Assembly (NCBI GenBank): GCA_963674595.2
Contig: CAXXFV010000029.1
Location: 64,001 to 128,000, forward strand
Reading direction: 5' to 3'
Length of the DNA stretch: 64,000 nt
Source: a bacterium
Lineage (GTDB): Bacteria > Zhuqueibacterota > Zhuqueibacteria > Residuimicrobiales > Krinioviventaceae
This document shows positions 19,943 to 32,406 of this stretch, piece by piece (the first letter of the stretch is position 1; the number at the start of each line of letters is the position of its first letter). Position numbers and translations under genes: made by a program. Below the pieces are notes generated by a model. It saw only the letters and a program-made list of their open reading frames with translations, did no database searches and had not been told where the DNA came from.

Positions 19943-21895
19943 ATGAATAACCAGGATAAAGCTATGAATTTAAAGTTCACCAAACGTTTTTTAATTTCAT
20001 GTCTCTCCCTGATCATATCCGGTATGGGATGCACTCAACAAAAACATGATATTGAAAAATATCCCTACCCGGGATATTCCAATCTGTCAGAAAAGGCCGG
20101 CTGGCTGCAACAAGACCTGCGTAAAAACAACCTGCAATACGGCCTTGTTATGCCCAGGGTCCTGCTCCCGCCCGAGGGAAACGCTGATCTCTCTTCTGCC
20201 CATCAGGAAGACGGCGGCAACCGTACCGGTCCATATCTGGCAACGCTCAGTTTTCAATATGCGGTAACCAAGGACAGTTTGGTTAAAAAGTGGGCAAACG
20301 AATCCTTTGAGGCTATTGAAATACTAGAAAAAGTAACAGGCGTAGAGGGCAGTATTGCCCGAAGTTTTAATAAATCAACTGTTAAACAACGTCACGAAGA
20401 CTGGTTCTTTTATCCCATGGAGTGGCACCAGTCCACCAGTATGCCCGGTTATCGTTTTCTTGGCGATCCCAGTTCCGACACCTATTCAAACCTGATGTAT
20501 GGCCTGGCGAATTATTATGACTTGGCGGCTGATGATGCTTACAAAAAACGTGTGCAGGATTGGGTTCGCAAAGTTACAGACAGAATGATTGAAAACGATA
20601 TGCGCATTGTGGATATTGACGGCAAAATGACGCTGTGGGGAAATTACAGTCCTTCGCTGGACAAGGAAAAATTAAACTTTTTGCTGGCTCTGTATCATCT
20701 TAAAATCGCTTATCACATTACCGGCGATGAAAAATACCAGGATACATACCTTGAGCTTGTTAACAAACATTTGTATGCCGATAATGCCATATTGGCGGCG
20801 TCTTTTAAACCGCCGTACGTTCCCTGGGATACCTACCATTTTATGAAAGGCGCTTACCTGCTGTTAAAGTATGAAACAGACGGGTATTTAAGGAATAAAT
20901 ATCTGGCAGCGCTTGAACGGTTTTGGCTCAAAGAATATCCCTGCAAAAACATGACACTGCAGCTTGTTTATAATCATTATGTGCCGGACCAGGGCGGTTT
21001 TGATGAAAAGTCCATCAAACAAATGGTTGACTGGCATGGCGCAAGACGATGGACGAGCGACGACATGATGCGCAAGGGCAACGGCGTGGAGCGTATAAAA
21101 GGCACCTGGATTGAGCCGTCGCATTTTTACCTGCTTGTATATTGGAAAGCGCGTTACCTGCAATTGTTAACAGCCGACGGCAACATCGGCAAAGGCAATC
21201 CGCCTGAATGGGCCGTGCCCAAACCTGATAAATATAAAGGTATGGTGTATGTCCCGGCAGGAGAATTTACAATGGGCAGTAATACCGGTGATCAGGATGA
21301 ATCGCCGCAGCGTACGGTTTATGTCGATGGATTTTATATTGATCGATTTGAAGTGACCCAGGCGCAGTATGCAAAGTTTAAAAAAGGTTATAAATACGAT
21401 GAAAAAATTGTGGATGAAACGGTTCTTAAACAAGAGTGGATGGATAATAACAAGCCGGTTGTAAATATAAACTGGTACGAGGCTGTTGAATATTGTAAAT
21501 GGGCCGGGAAACGTCTGCCCACAGAAGCAGAATGGGAAAAAGCGTCGCGAGGTGTTGATGGACGAAAATATCCCTGGGGCGAAATACATGATATGAGTTT
21601 TGGCGAACCCGACGGTATTGCCAAAACAGCGGCATGGCGGGCCGGCAAAAGTCCCTATGGCGCCTATTGGATGGCCGGGGGACCGTGGGAATGGACGGCC
21701 GACTGGTACCAGCCCTATCCCGGTAACACCGTTGAAAGCCCGGCCTATGGCGAAAAATACAAGGTCATCAGAGGGGCATACCGCATTGCCGATCCCAGTA
21801 TGCAGCGATGTGCACACCGCTATTACCTTGATCCGAATATGAAACAGAGCGGTTATCCGGTTGGATTTAGATGCGTCATTTCTGCGGACGAATAG
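19943..21895 (+). CDS. Lipoprotein with uncharacterised N-terminal domain and C-terminal FGE-sulfatase (SUMF1-like) domain
   Basis: Lipobox GMGC; F.MGS, EVT, RLPTEAEWEKA.RG, WEW and GFRC motifs. Confidence 0.82.
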   Translation: MNNQDKAMNLKFTKRFLISCLSLIISGMGCTQQKHDIEKYPYPGYSNLSEKAGWLQQDLRKNNLQYGLVMPRVLLPPEGNADLSSAHQEDGGNRTGPYLATLSFQYAVTKDSLVKKWANESFEAIEILEKVTGVEGSIARSFNKSTVKQRHEDWFFYPMEWHQSTSMPGYRFLGDPSSDTYSNLMYGLANYYDLAADDAYKKRVQDWVRKVTDRMIENDMRIVDIDGKMTLWGNYSPSLDKEKLNFLLALYHLKIAYHITGDEKYQDTYLELVNKHLYADNAILAASFKPPYVPWDTYHFMKGAYLLLKYETDGYLRNKYLAALERFWLKEYPCKNMTLQLVYNHYVPDQGGFDEKSIKQMVDWHGARRWTSDDMMRKGNGVERIKGTWIEPSHFYLLVYWKARYLQLLTADGNIGKGNPPEWAVPKPDKYKGMVYVPAGEFTMGSNTGDQDESPQRTVYVDGFYIDRFEVTQAQYAKFKKGYKYDEKIVDETVLKQEWMDNNKPVVNINWYEAVEYCKWAGKRLPTEAEWEKASRGVDGRKYPWGEIHDMSFGEPDGIAKTAAWRAGKSPYGAYWMAGGPWEWTADWYQPYPGNTVESPAYGEKYKVIRGAYRIADPSMQRCAHRYYLDPNMKQSGYPVGFRCVISADE

Positions 21896-21934
21896 GATGA
21901 CAGTTGCTTTTTATAAGCGGGAAAGTCGACCTAG

Positions 21935-21963
21935 TGTCACCCTGAGCGGAGTCGAAGGGGGAC
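21935..21963. repeat. GTCACCCTGAGCGGAGTCGAAGGG REP-like family (example copy)
   Basis: Many copies, e.g. 4353, 8376, 9113, 15084, 18292, 25898, 32650, 45320, 47389, 52480, 60490. Confidence 0.85.
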
Positions 21964-22119
21964 ACTTTTGGGATAGGGGATGAAATCCCGGTTTTATTGG
22001 TTCCGCAGGGGATTTCCAATCCTCTGCGAGCGGAGGCGTTTAGGCGGTTTTTGATGCCCTGCTGTTTTTATTAATTATCAACCTCTGCCCTACCCTCACC
22101 TATTTTTCTCAAAAACCAC

Positions 22120-22148
22120 TTGCGCTAATACTGTAGAATTTGTAATAT
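22120..22148 (+). promoter_or_regulatory. Repeated sigma70-like promoter, upstream of DUF262
   Basis: TTGCGC-17-TAATAT followed by the conserved leader. Confidence 0.7.
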
Positions 22149-22428
22149 TCTTTGTCAGCCATACAGGACTGTTTTGGGGACGATTGGTCGTGCATGGGAG
22201 TTCCTGAGGTCTTTTTGCTGGTTTACCATTATTATTAAAAACGGGATTTAAGGGTACAATATATTGTATTTATATTATTTACAGAACATTGTTGGTATAT
22301 ATTATATAATATATTTATAAAATTTATTATAGGTAGTTATCAGATTTGTTTAACACTATGCTATGTGCTTTAGAAATAAGTTAATCAATAATAAAATTTT
22401 CATATAACGATAGAAAAGGAATTTTAGC

Positions 22429-24174
22429 ATGTCATATGAGACTGCATTGAAAATTGTAGATGTAATTAGTGACATTCACAAAAAAAGATACCTTCTTCCA
22501 GCAATACAAAGAGAATTAGTATGGGATACTGAACAAATTGAAAAATTATTCGATAGCCTTATGAGAGATTATCCAATTAGTTCTTTTTTATTTTGGAAAG
22601 TCGAAAAAGATAAAGTGAATGAATATGAATTTTATGAATTTATAAGAGATTATCATGAGAGAGATAAACAACATAATCCAAAAGCAAATGTGACAGGAGA
22701 TGATGAAATAACCGCAGTGTTGGATGGCCAACAAAGATTGACATCATTATATATAGCATTAAAAGGGACATATGCTTATAAATTGCCACGGAAAAGATGG
22801 GATAATGATCAAGCATATCCAAAAAGAAAGCTATATTTAAATCTGGTAAAAATGTCAGACGAAGCTGATTGTGAATATGATTTTAAATTTTTGACTAAAG
22901 AAGAGTCTCAAAAAAACAATGATAACAATTACTGGTTTTCTGTTGGAAAAATTCTAAATTTAAAAGAGCCTGGTGACGTTAGTGAATATTTAAGTGAAAA
23001 TGTATTTGATGATTATTCCAAAGAAAAACGAAAATTTGCTAATAAAGCACTATTCAAATTACATAACGTTATTCATGAAAGGGGTTCCATCAGCTATTAC
23101 CTCGAAAAAAGTCAAATATTAGATAAAGTTTTAAATATTTTTATTAGAATAAATAGCGGTGGAACTGAACTAAATTATTCAGATTTATTGCTTTCAATAG
23201 CTTCGGCTCAATGGAAAAAAAGAGATGCAAGAGAAGAAATAATAAATTTTGTTGATGAATTAAATAATATTGATGGTGGTTTTAATTTTAATAAAGACTT
23301 TATTTTAAAATCTTGCTTGATTTTAAACGACTTTAAGGATATAGCATTTAAAGTTGATAATTTTAATAAAAAAAATATGGTTAAAATTGAGGATAATTGG
23401 GAAAAAGTTACTAATGCAATTAGATTGTCAGTACATCTTGTTTCAAGTTTTGGTTATAACAGAGAAACACTTACATCAAATAATGCTTTAATTCCAATTG
23501 CTTACTATTTACAAAAAATTAATGCTCAAGAAACTTATATAAATTCCTCACGAAATTTAAGTGACAAATCGGATATTAAAAGGTGGTTAATTTTATCGCT
23601 TATTAAAAGAACTTTTAGCGGTCAACCAGATAATGTGCTTCGCCCAATTCGAAATATAATAAAAGATTCAAATTCCAGTTTTCCATTGAAGCAAATAATA
23701 AATAAATTTAAAGGAACAAATAAGTCACTAATATTTTCTGATGAAGATATTGAAAATTTAACACTTTACAAATATGGACAGGGCTTTACTTTTTCTGTCC
23801 TTTCATTGATATATCCAAATTTGGATTATAAAAATCAATTTCATATTGACCATATACATCCCAAGAGTTTTTTTACTAAATCACAACTTAGAAAAAAGGG
23901 AATACTTGACGAAGATATAGAAAATTATCAAGATTATGTTAATTATATTAGTAATCTTCAAATATTAGAAGCGACACCGAATATAGAAAAACTAAACAAA
24001 GATTTTGAAACTTGGCTGGATAATATTTGTCCTGATGAAGACTCAAGAAATGAATACATAAAAACTCATTTAATTCCAAATGTTAATTTAAACTTCAAAA
24101 ATTTCATCGAATTTAGTGATAAAAGAGACAAATTGCTAATACATAGATTAAAAAAGATGTTACAAGCAGATTAA
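22429..24174 (+). CDS. DUF262 / GmrSD-like type IV restriction endonuclease
   Basis: QRELVW, DGQQR, FIRINSGG and C-terminal DHIHP...NL...N HNH-type motif. Confidence 0.88.
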   Translation: MSYETALKIVDVISDIHKKRYLLPAIQRELVWDTEQIEKLFDSLMRDYPISSFLFWKVEKDKVNEYEFYEFIRDYHERDKQHNPKANVTGDDEITAVLDGQQRLTSLYIALKGTYAYKLPRKRWDNDQAYPKRKLYLNLVKMSDEADCEYDFKFLTKEESQKNNDNNYWFSVGKILNLKEPGDVSEYLSENVFDDYSKEKRKFANKALFKLHNVIHERGSISYYLEKSQILDKVLNIFIRINSGGTELNYSDLLLSIASAQWKKRDAREEIINFVDELNNIDGGFNFNKDFILKSCLILNDFKDIAFKVDNFNKKNMVKIEDNWEKVTNAIRLSVHLVSSFGYNRETLTSNNALIPIAYYLQKINAQETYINSSRNLSDKSDIKRWLILSLIKRTFSGQPDNVLRPIRNIIKDSNSSFPLKQIINKFKGTNKSLIFSDEDIENLTLYKYGQGFTFSVLSLIYPNLDYKNQFHIDHIHPKSFFTKSQLRKKGILDEDIENYQDYVNYISNLQILEATPNIEKLNKDFETWLDNICPDEDSRNEYIKTHLIPNVNLNFKNFIEFSDKRDKLLIHRLKKMLQAD

Positions 24175-24261
24175 ATGAAAGAAGGATTGATCGTCCCGGG
24201 ATTCTACCCTGGAACGTAATAACATAAGGGCTTGGTTCTTTAAATGTGCCAGAGAAAAATC

Positions 24262-24810
24262 ATGAAAAAAAACACTGTTATATTTTTTTTAACGCTTTTA
24301 ATTACCTTCTATTTCCATACCAATGCTACGGCTGATGATATCTTTCCTGATCATAATGGAACTTTTATCAACGACTTTGCGAATTTAATAGATCAAAAGG
24401 ATGAAAATATCATAAAATCCCTTTGTGCTGATATTTTTAAAGATGAATTGGCTGTTATTGTTGTATGTACTATTGAATCCTTACCGAAAGTAAAGAAAGA
24501 GTATAATGATCCTCTTCTTTATGGAACTGATTTATTTAATTACTGGGGTATCGGTCGAAAAGGTATTAATGATGGATTACTGATATTAATAAGCAAGGGT
24601 GATAGCAAAGCTGCAATTTGCACAGGCTATTTAATTGAGTATTATTTACCTGATCCTGATGCAGACATTGTATTAAAGTCGTATATGTTTCCTCATTTCA
24701 AACAAGGTAATTATGGCAAGGGTATTATAGAAGGTATTATTGAAGCAAGAAAAGTGATGGAGAAAAACCGCAGATTATTATCTCATGAGAAAAATGGGGA
24801 AAGAAAATAA
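24262..24810 (+). CDS. TPM domain protein
   Basis: Signal peptide; INDFANLI, WGIGRKGINDGLLILI, TGY..E motifs. Confidence 0.85.
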   Translation: MKKNTVIFFLTLLITFYFHTNATADDIFPDHNGTFINDFANLIDQKDENIIKSLCADIFKDELAVIVVCTIESLPKVKKEYNDPLLYGTDLFNYWGIGRKGINDGLLILISKGDSKAAICTGYLIEYYLPDPDADIVLKSYMFPHFKQGNYGKGIIEGIIEARKVMEKNRRLLSHEKNGERK

Positions 24811-24916
24811 AGCTTACTTTTCGTTGCTTTGCCAAGTTTGATCGTCCCGGAATTTTATCCCTGGACTCCAAATAAATCAGGGCTTACTGCCCTCCCCCAT
24901 TTTTCTCAAAAACCAC

Positions 24917-24945
24917 TTGCGCTAAAACTGTAGAATTTGTAATAT
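24917..24945 (+). promoter_or_regulatory. Repeated sigma70-like promoter, upstream of ygiD
   Basis: TTGCGC-17-TAATAT; leader cut off at GGACGATCA. Confidence 0.7.
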
Positions 24946-25051
24946 TCTTTGTCAGCCATAAAGGACTGTTTTTTCAGGACGATCAAATCAAGTTAGCCGA
25001 CCAGCTCGTTTCATTCTCTGTTAGATAAAAGTCTTGTACGTGAGGAGAAAT

Positions 25052-25804
25052 ATGAAAACACTTTTTATTGGACATGGATCACCGTTAAATGCCATAAAAG
25101 AAAATTCATATACACGTTACCTGACGCAATTGGGTAAAGAATTAAAAAAACCGGAATGTATTATGGTTTTTTCTGCGCATTGGCTGACCCGGGGAACGTT
25201 CATCACCGGCAATCCCAAACCGGAACAAATTTATGATTTTTATGGCTTTCCTAAAGAATTATATCAGGTCCGATACCAGCCTGCCGGCATGCAAAACCTT
25301 GCAGAAAAAATCAGTCAGGAAATAACAGAGATACAAGTTGATTATAATAGAGGGATTGATCATGCCGCATGGGCCGTTATTAAACACATGTATCCTGATC
25401 AAAGCATTCCGGTCATTGAGATGAGCCTTGATGTTGAACTGACAGAATCGGCTCATTTCCAGCTCGGGAAAAAGATTTCAGCGCTGAATCTCGATAACGT
25501 ACTATATATCGGAAGCGGAAATTTGGTGCATAATTTATACGAGATTAATTTTGATGATGCTGCCAAACCATTTGATTGGTCAACAGAAACAAACAAGTGG
25601 ATAGAAGACAAGGTGAACAGTAAAAACATTGATGAATTAATACATGCCCAAAAATATATGCCGAACTATAAAAAAGCCGTCCCGACAGATGATCATTATT
25701 TGCCTTTGTTTTACATACTTGCAATGATGAAAGAAAAGATGAATATTGAATATAATGAAATACAAAATGGCTCCATTTCCATGATGAGTATTTCAGTAGA
25801 ATAG
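25052..25804 (+). CDS. ygiD: 4,5-DOPA extradiol dioxygenase (YgiD/LigB family)
   Basis: FIGHGSP, SAHW, DFYGFP, DHAAW, GSGNLVHNL and PTDDHYLPL motifs. Confidence 0.9.
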   Translation: MKTLFIGHGSPLNAIKENSYTRYLTQLGKELKKPECIMVFSAHWLTRGTFITGNPKPEQIYDFYGFPKELYQVRYQPAGMQNLAEKISQEITEIQVDYNRGIDHAAWAVIKHMYPDQSIPVIEMSLDVELTESAHFQLGKKISALNLDNVLYIGSGNLVHNLYEINFDDAAKPFDWSTETNKWIEDKVNSKNIDELIHAQKYMPNYKKAVPTDDHYLPLFYILAMMKEKMNIEYNEIQNGSISMMSISVE

Positions 25805-26023
25805 CCGTAGGGTGCGGTTCTACCGCACATCAAGTAACTAAAATAAATAATCTATACAATGTTTCGAAACCGGTCTCAACGCAAAGGCCGCAAAAGTGCC
25901 ACCCTTCGACTCCGCTCAGGGTGACCAAAAGATATATCTTAAAAGTTGTCCGGATTCCTGTTTCACAGGAATACCAAATGTTGATATAAAATAAATATTA
26001 TTCCTTAAAAAAAAGAGTTTTAA

Positions 26024-26671
26024 ATGAAACTAGAATTATCCAACCATGACCGCAGCCGTCTGGACCTGCGGGTCGCTGAAACGGAAAAGCGCACCCAAAT
26101 CCAGATTGTTTTGTCACTCATCCGGCGCAGTGACTCTTATGATGAACTGCCCTGGAAAGCTTTTGCATTGGGCGCGTCCGTTGCCGGCCTGCTGCTCCTT
26201 GTGCTGGAATGGCGGCTGTACAACTGGTATTCGCCTGTAACAACGCTCATCGCGGTGTTGGGCATATTGGGGTGCGGCGCTTTGCCGGCATTGTTGACGG
26301 TTATTTTTCCCCGATTCGCCAAATGCTTTTTATCCGTTCACCGCGCTGAGGTGGAAGTGCAGCAATATGCAAAATCCTTATTCCTGGATAGGGAACTGTT
26401 TGCCACCCAAAAAAGAACAGGCATTCTTGTCCTCATCAGCTTGTTTGAGCGGCGCATTGTTATCTTGCCGGACAAGGGATTAGCCGACCGGTTAAAACAA
26501 GAGGATGTGCAAAACATGATCGCGGCCATGACGCCGCTTTTGAAACGTAAACAAATCAGCCGGGCCTTTGATGTTGCTTTGGACGAACTGTCCCGCATAA
26601 TGGCAGCCACCGGGCCATCCGCTAGTGAGAATGAACTGCCCAATCAAATTATCGAGGAGGACGGCGAATGA
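26024..26671 (+). CDS. TPM domain membrane protein
   Basis: EKRT..QIV, RTGILVLISLFER...DKG and NELPN motifs. Confidence 0.85.
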   Translation: MKLELSNHDRSRLDLRVAETEKRTQIQIVLSLIRRSDSYDELPWKAFALGASVAGLLLLVLEWRLYNWYSPVTTLIAVLGILGCGALPALLTVIFPRFAKCFLSVHRAEVEVQQYAKSLFLDRELFATQKRTGILVLISLFERRIVILPDKGLADRLKQEDVQNMIAAMTPLLKRKQISRAFDVALDELSRIMAATGPSASENELPNQIIEEDGE

Positions 26672-27615
26672 AAACACGATCAATATTCCTGTTGCTCCCG
26701 CTGGTGCTGTTAACGGGCGTTTTGCTGTTTGCTGCGGATGTTCCCTATCTCACCGGACGCATCACGGACAACGCACAGCTTTTATCCCCGGAGGTCAGCC
26801 GGTCATTAACGGAAACCATGAAAGCGCATGAAGACCGCACCGGAAACCAGATCGCCGTGCTGACGGTCCCCACAATCGGAGACGAGAGCATTGAAGAATA
26901 TGCGTCCGAGGTTTTTGAAGCATGGAAACTCGGACAAAAAGGCCAAGATAACGGCCTTTTAATTGTGGTGGTCCCCAACGACCGGCGAATGCGCATTGAA
27001 GTAGGCTATGGCCTGGAGCCGATACTCACGGACGGCATGGCCGGGCAGATTATCCGCACGGAAATGACCCCCAAATTTAAAAACGGGGACTATAACAGCG
27101 GCATTGCTGACGGCGTTGGTGCTGTTATTCAGGTGCTTGAAGGCGGGGTGTTGCCAGAAGAAACGGTCGACAGCGGGTCTAAAAAATCATCCGGATTATT
27201 TCAGATGGAGGGGCCTGACCTTCCTATCAAAGAGCGTATTCTCATGGGGGCATTTATTTTCGGAATTATCGGATTATTTACGGCCATTGCCCTGTTCGGG
27301 GCCGGTATCGGCTGGTTTCTCTACTTTTTCCTCATACCGTTCTGGGCCACATTTCCGATTGTAATTTTGGGGTCCACCGGTGCGTTTTATCTGTTTCTCA
27401 CCTATCTGATCGGGTTCCCGGTGGCAAAGCTGTTTATACGAAAGACCGCCTGGTACAAAAAAGCGAATAAAAATTTGCGCACCAAAGGTCATACTTCCAT
27501 CGGCGGGTTCACGGTGCGGTCCGGCAGTTCCGGCGGATCGTGGTCATCAGGCGGATCAAGTTTTTCCGGCGGTGGAGGATCATCCGGAGGCGGCGGTGCG
27601 TCGGGAAGCTGGTAG
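26668..27615 (+). CDS. TPM domain protein (YgcG-like) with Gly/Ser-rich tail
   Basis: WKLGQKGQDNG, RIEVGYGLE and FSGGGGSSGGGGASGSW. Confidence 0.92.
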   Translation: MKTRSIFLLLPLVLLTGVLLFAADVPYLTGRITDNAQLLSPEVSRSLTETMKAHEDRTGNQIAVLTVPTIGDESIEEYASEVFEAWKLGQKGQDNGLLIVVVPNDRRMRIEVGYGLEPILTDGMAGQIIRTEMTPKFKNGDYNSGIADGVGAVIQVLEGGVLPEETVDSGSKKSSGLFQMEGPDLPIKERILMGAFIFGIIGLFTAIALFGAGIGWFLYFFLIPFWATFPIVILGSTGAFYLFLTYLIGFPVAKLFIRKTAWYKKANKNLRTKGHTSIGGFTVRSGSSGGSWSSGGSSFSGGGGSSGGGGASGSW

Positions 27616-27921
27616 GTGACAAGATTTTACATAAATTTTGAAATATTCTCCCATTAATATCGGTTAACAAGTAAAAGAATGACAACCTTTGAAAATCAAT
27701 TAAAAAACCGGTTCTGATATATCGTTTTTATTCAAGCCGGGTCGGCACGTGTTTAGAAAAAAGATTATTGATTTGGGTCCATCCCGGAAAAAGTTGCCGC
27801 TTATTACTGAATAATGTTATAACATTTTAAGGAACACTGACACCGTAACACGTGTCAGGTTTCGAACGGCAGAAAAGGTGAATTGTTATAAACGATATTA
27901 ATTCTTTTGGGAGATTTTGAT

Positions 27922-28734
27922 ATGAAGCACAAGATAAAATACCTGTATTTTTTAATCGTTACAGCACTTGTTTTTCAATACTGTGCGACTGTCCCAGTCA
28001 CAGGAAGAAAACAGTTAAATCTGGTTCCTGCCTCTACCATGTTATCGATGAGTTTCCAGCAATATGCTGACTTTTTGGATTCCAACAAGGTGAGCCAAAA
28101 TCAGCAACAAACAGCGATGGTTAAACGGGTGGGCGCCAGAATTGAAAAGGCGGTGGAACAATATTTCATAGAAAAAAATATGGCGGATGAGCTTAAAAAT
28201 TACGCCTGGGAATTTAACCTCGTGGAGAGCAATGAAGTGAATGCCTGGTGTATGCCCGGCGGCAAGGTTGTGGTTTACACCGGAATTTTACCTGTCACCA
28301 AGGATGAATCAGGGTTAGCGGTAGTCATGGGACACGAAATTGCCCATGCCATTGCCGGACACGGGAATGAGCGCATGAGTCAGGGATTGCTGACAGAAAT
28401 GGGCGGTATGGCGCTGATGAAAGCGCTGGAACAAAAACCCGCACAGACTCAACAATTATGGCAGACTGCGTTTGGAGTTGGTGCTCAGTTTGGGGTCCTC
28501 CTCCCTTTTAGCCGGCTGCATGAAAGTGAGGCTGATCATCTGGGACTCATTTTTATGGCAATGGCCGGTTATGATCCCAATAAGGCAGTCGAGTTTTGGC
28601 AGCGAATGGCAGCGAATAGTTCAGGACAAAAACCGCCTGAATTTATGAGCACTCATCCATCGGATGAAACAAGAATTAGAAAGATACAAGCTGAACTGCC
28701 TGAAGCAATGAAATATTACAAAAAATCGGGCTGA
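27922..28734 (+). CDS. M48 family zinc metallopeptidase (lipoprotein)
   Basis: NAWCMPGG, HEIAH, ESEAD and STHP motifs. Confidence 0.93.
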   Translation: MKHKIKYLYFLIVTALVFQYCATVPVTGRKQLNLVPASTMLSMSFQQYADFLDSNKVSQNQQQTAMVKRVGARIEKAVEQYFIEKNMADELKNYAWEFNLVESNEVNAWCMPGGKVVVYTGILPVTKDESGLAVVMGHEIAHAIAGHGNERMSQGLLTEMGGMALMKALEQKPAQTQQLWQTAFGVGAQFGVLLPFSRLHESEADHLGLIFMAMAGYDPNKAVEFWQRMAANSSGQKPPEFMSTHPSDETRIRKIQAELPEAMKYYKKSG

Positions 28735-28943
28735 GAAATCAGCAATTTTATCTAAAACATAAAGTTGTCCGGAAGGACTTTTTAAAGCCGAATTTTATGG
28801 GCACTGTAACCTTGGGCAATTTAACGAAACCTTTTGTTTATTGAAATAACTGTCTGCAATATATCGTTAACATTTTAAGAAATTATAATTCTATATTTTT
28901 GATAATAGAAAAAACATGAGTTTCAACCAAGAAAAGGAGATAG

Positions 28944-31121
<2,178 letters not shown>

Positions 31122-31131
31122 TATTACAAGT

Positions 31132-31184
31132 TGATCGTTCCGGGGTTCTGCCCCGGAACGGATTAACAAGAGGGCTTGGCCCTC
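31132..31184 (+). repeat. TGATCG-footed two-hairpin unit (example copy)
   Basis: TGATCGTTCCGGGG-TTCTG-CCCCGGAACG, linker, AGGGC-TTG-GCCCT; copies at 558, 7061, 24188, 24838, 32670, 45111 and reversed at 639-690, 16682-16736, 18135-18189, 50417-50469, 60102-60154. Confidence 0.85.
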
Positions 31185-31265
31185 CGACTTGTTCTTTGAA
31201 TAATTGTAAACTGGATTCTTGTTTTCGCAGGAATAACAGGTTTCAATCTTTGATATTATAAAAAT

Positions 31266-31296
31266 AAAAAAGGCCGGTCAAACAACCGGCCTTTTT
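31266..31296. terminator. Bidirectional intrinsic terminator
   Basis: AAAAAGGCCGGT-CAAACA-ACCGGCCTTTTT between convergent katG and serine hydrolase. Confidence 0.8.
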
Positions 31297-31374
31297 CTAT
31301 TTTGGGTAAAATCCGTATGTTCTTGCTGTTAATTGCGGACATTACGTGAAAGGGTCAGAACTTGTTTACGTCAT

Positions 31375-32406
31375 TCAATTTTTAATGGCAGGTATAACTT
31401 TTAAAAGAATTTCTTTAACCTTTGCTCTATCACCTGTCATAACAACAACACATTTTAAATGAGGAATTATATATATTTTTTGTTCGGCTGCTCCCGACGC
31501 AAAAAAGACATCATTCTTTTCAAGCAATTGAGCAACCGCTGAGGTTGGTAAAAATTGCCACAGATGATAACCATAACTGCGATCCTCCTTGGAGAACGCA
31601 ACATGCACCTTGACAGATTCGTCGATCCATTCCTTTGAAACTATTTGCTTGCCTTTCCACTCTCCATTCTGAAGGTATAATTGACCGAATAACGCCATAT
31701 CCAGGGGACGCAAATCCAGGCCGCCTGCTGTGTTGGTCAGGTCATGCGGACCTTTGGCCCAATACCAGTCGGTAATTCCCAGTGGTGTAAATAAATATTT
31801 TTTCGCATAATCTTCAGCAGACATTCCCGTTCGATTTTTTATAATTCCCGAAAGCAAACAGGAACTGCCGCTGCTGTAACTCCATACTTTTCCCGGTTCA
31901 AAAGCTACGGGCCTGTTTAACATATACTCTACATAATCGTCACTGGACCCGAGACTGTCTTCACTTTCAAATCCGGCTGTCATAGCCAAAAGATGATGTA
32001 GCGTAATTGCTTTTTTTAATGAATCATTATTTAATATAGTGTTATATTCCGGAAAAAAATCAAGCATACGCTCATTAACCCCTTTTATTTTCCCCTGGTC
32101 TATGGCAATTCCAATTAAAGCGGATGTGAATGTTTTTGAAATAGAATAAATGTGATGCTTGCGATTTCTGTCATACTCTTTATAATATTTTTCAAAAACA
32201 AGGTGTCCGTTGCGTACAACCAGTACACTGTGAACATCGCCGTAATTATTATCGAGTATTGCCGAGTCCAGTTGTGCAAGTACCCCGGCATTTATATTTT
32301 GTTCTTCAGGATTTGAAACAGGAAACGGCATATCACTTTTGGTACTATTATTTTGGCAATGAAGTGATAATGCAATCAAGATCGATAATACATACATAAT
32401 TCTCAT
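31375..32406 (-). CDS. Serine hydrolase, beta-lactamase class C-like
   Basis: SISK (SxxK), HLLAMTAG and YSS motifs; signal peptide. Confidence 0.9.
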   Translation of the reverse strand: MRIMYVLSILIALSLHCQNNSTKSDMPFPVSNPEEQNINAGVLAQLDSAILDNNYGDVHSVLVVRNGHLVFEKYYKEYDRNRKHHIYSISKTFTSALIGIAIDQGKIKGVNERMLDFFPEYNTILNNDSLKKAITLHHLLAMTAGFESEDSLGSSDDYVEYMLNRPVAFEPGKVWSYSSGSSCLLSGIIKNRTGMSAEDYAKKYLFTPLGITDWYWAKGPHDLTNTAGGLDLRPLDMALFGQLYLQNGEWKGKQIVSKEWIDESVKVHVAFSKEDRSYGYHLWQFLPTSAVAQLLEKNDVFFASGAAEQKIYIIPHLKCVVVMTGDRAKVKEILLKVIPAIKN

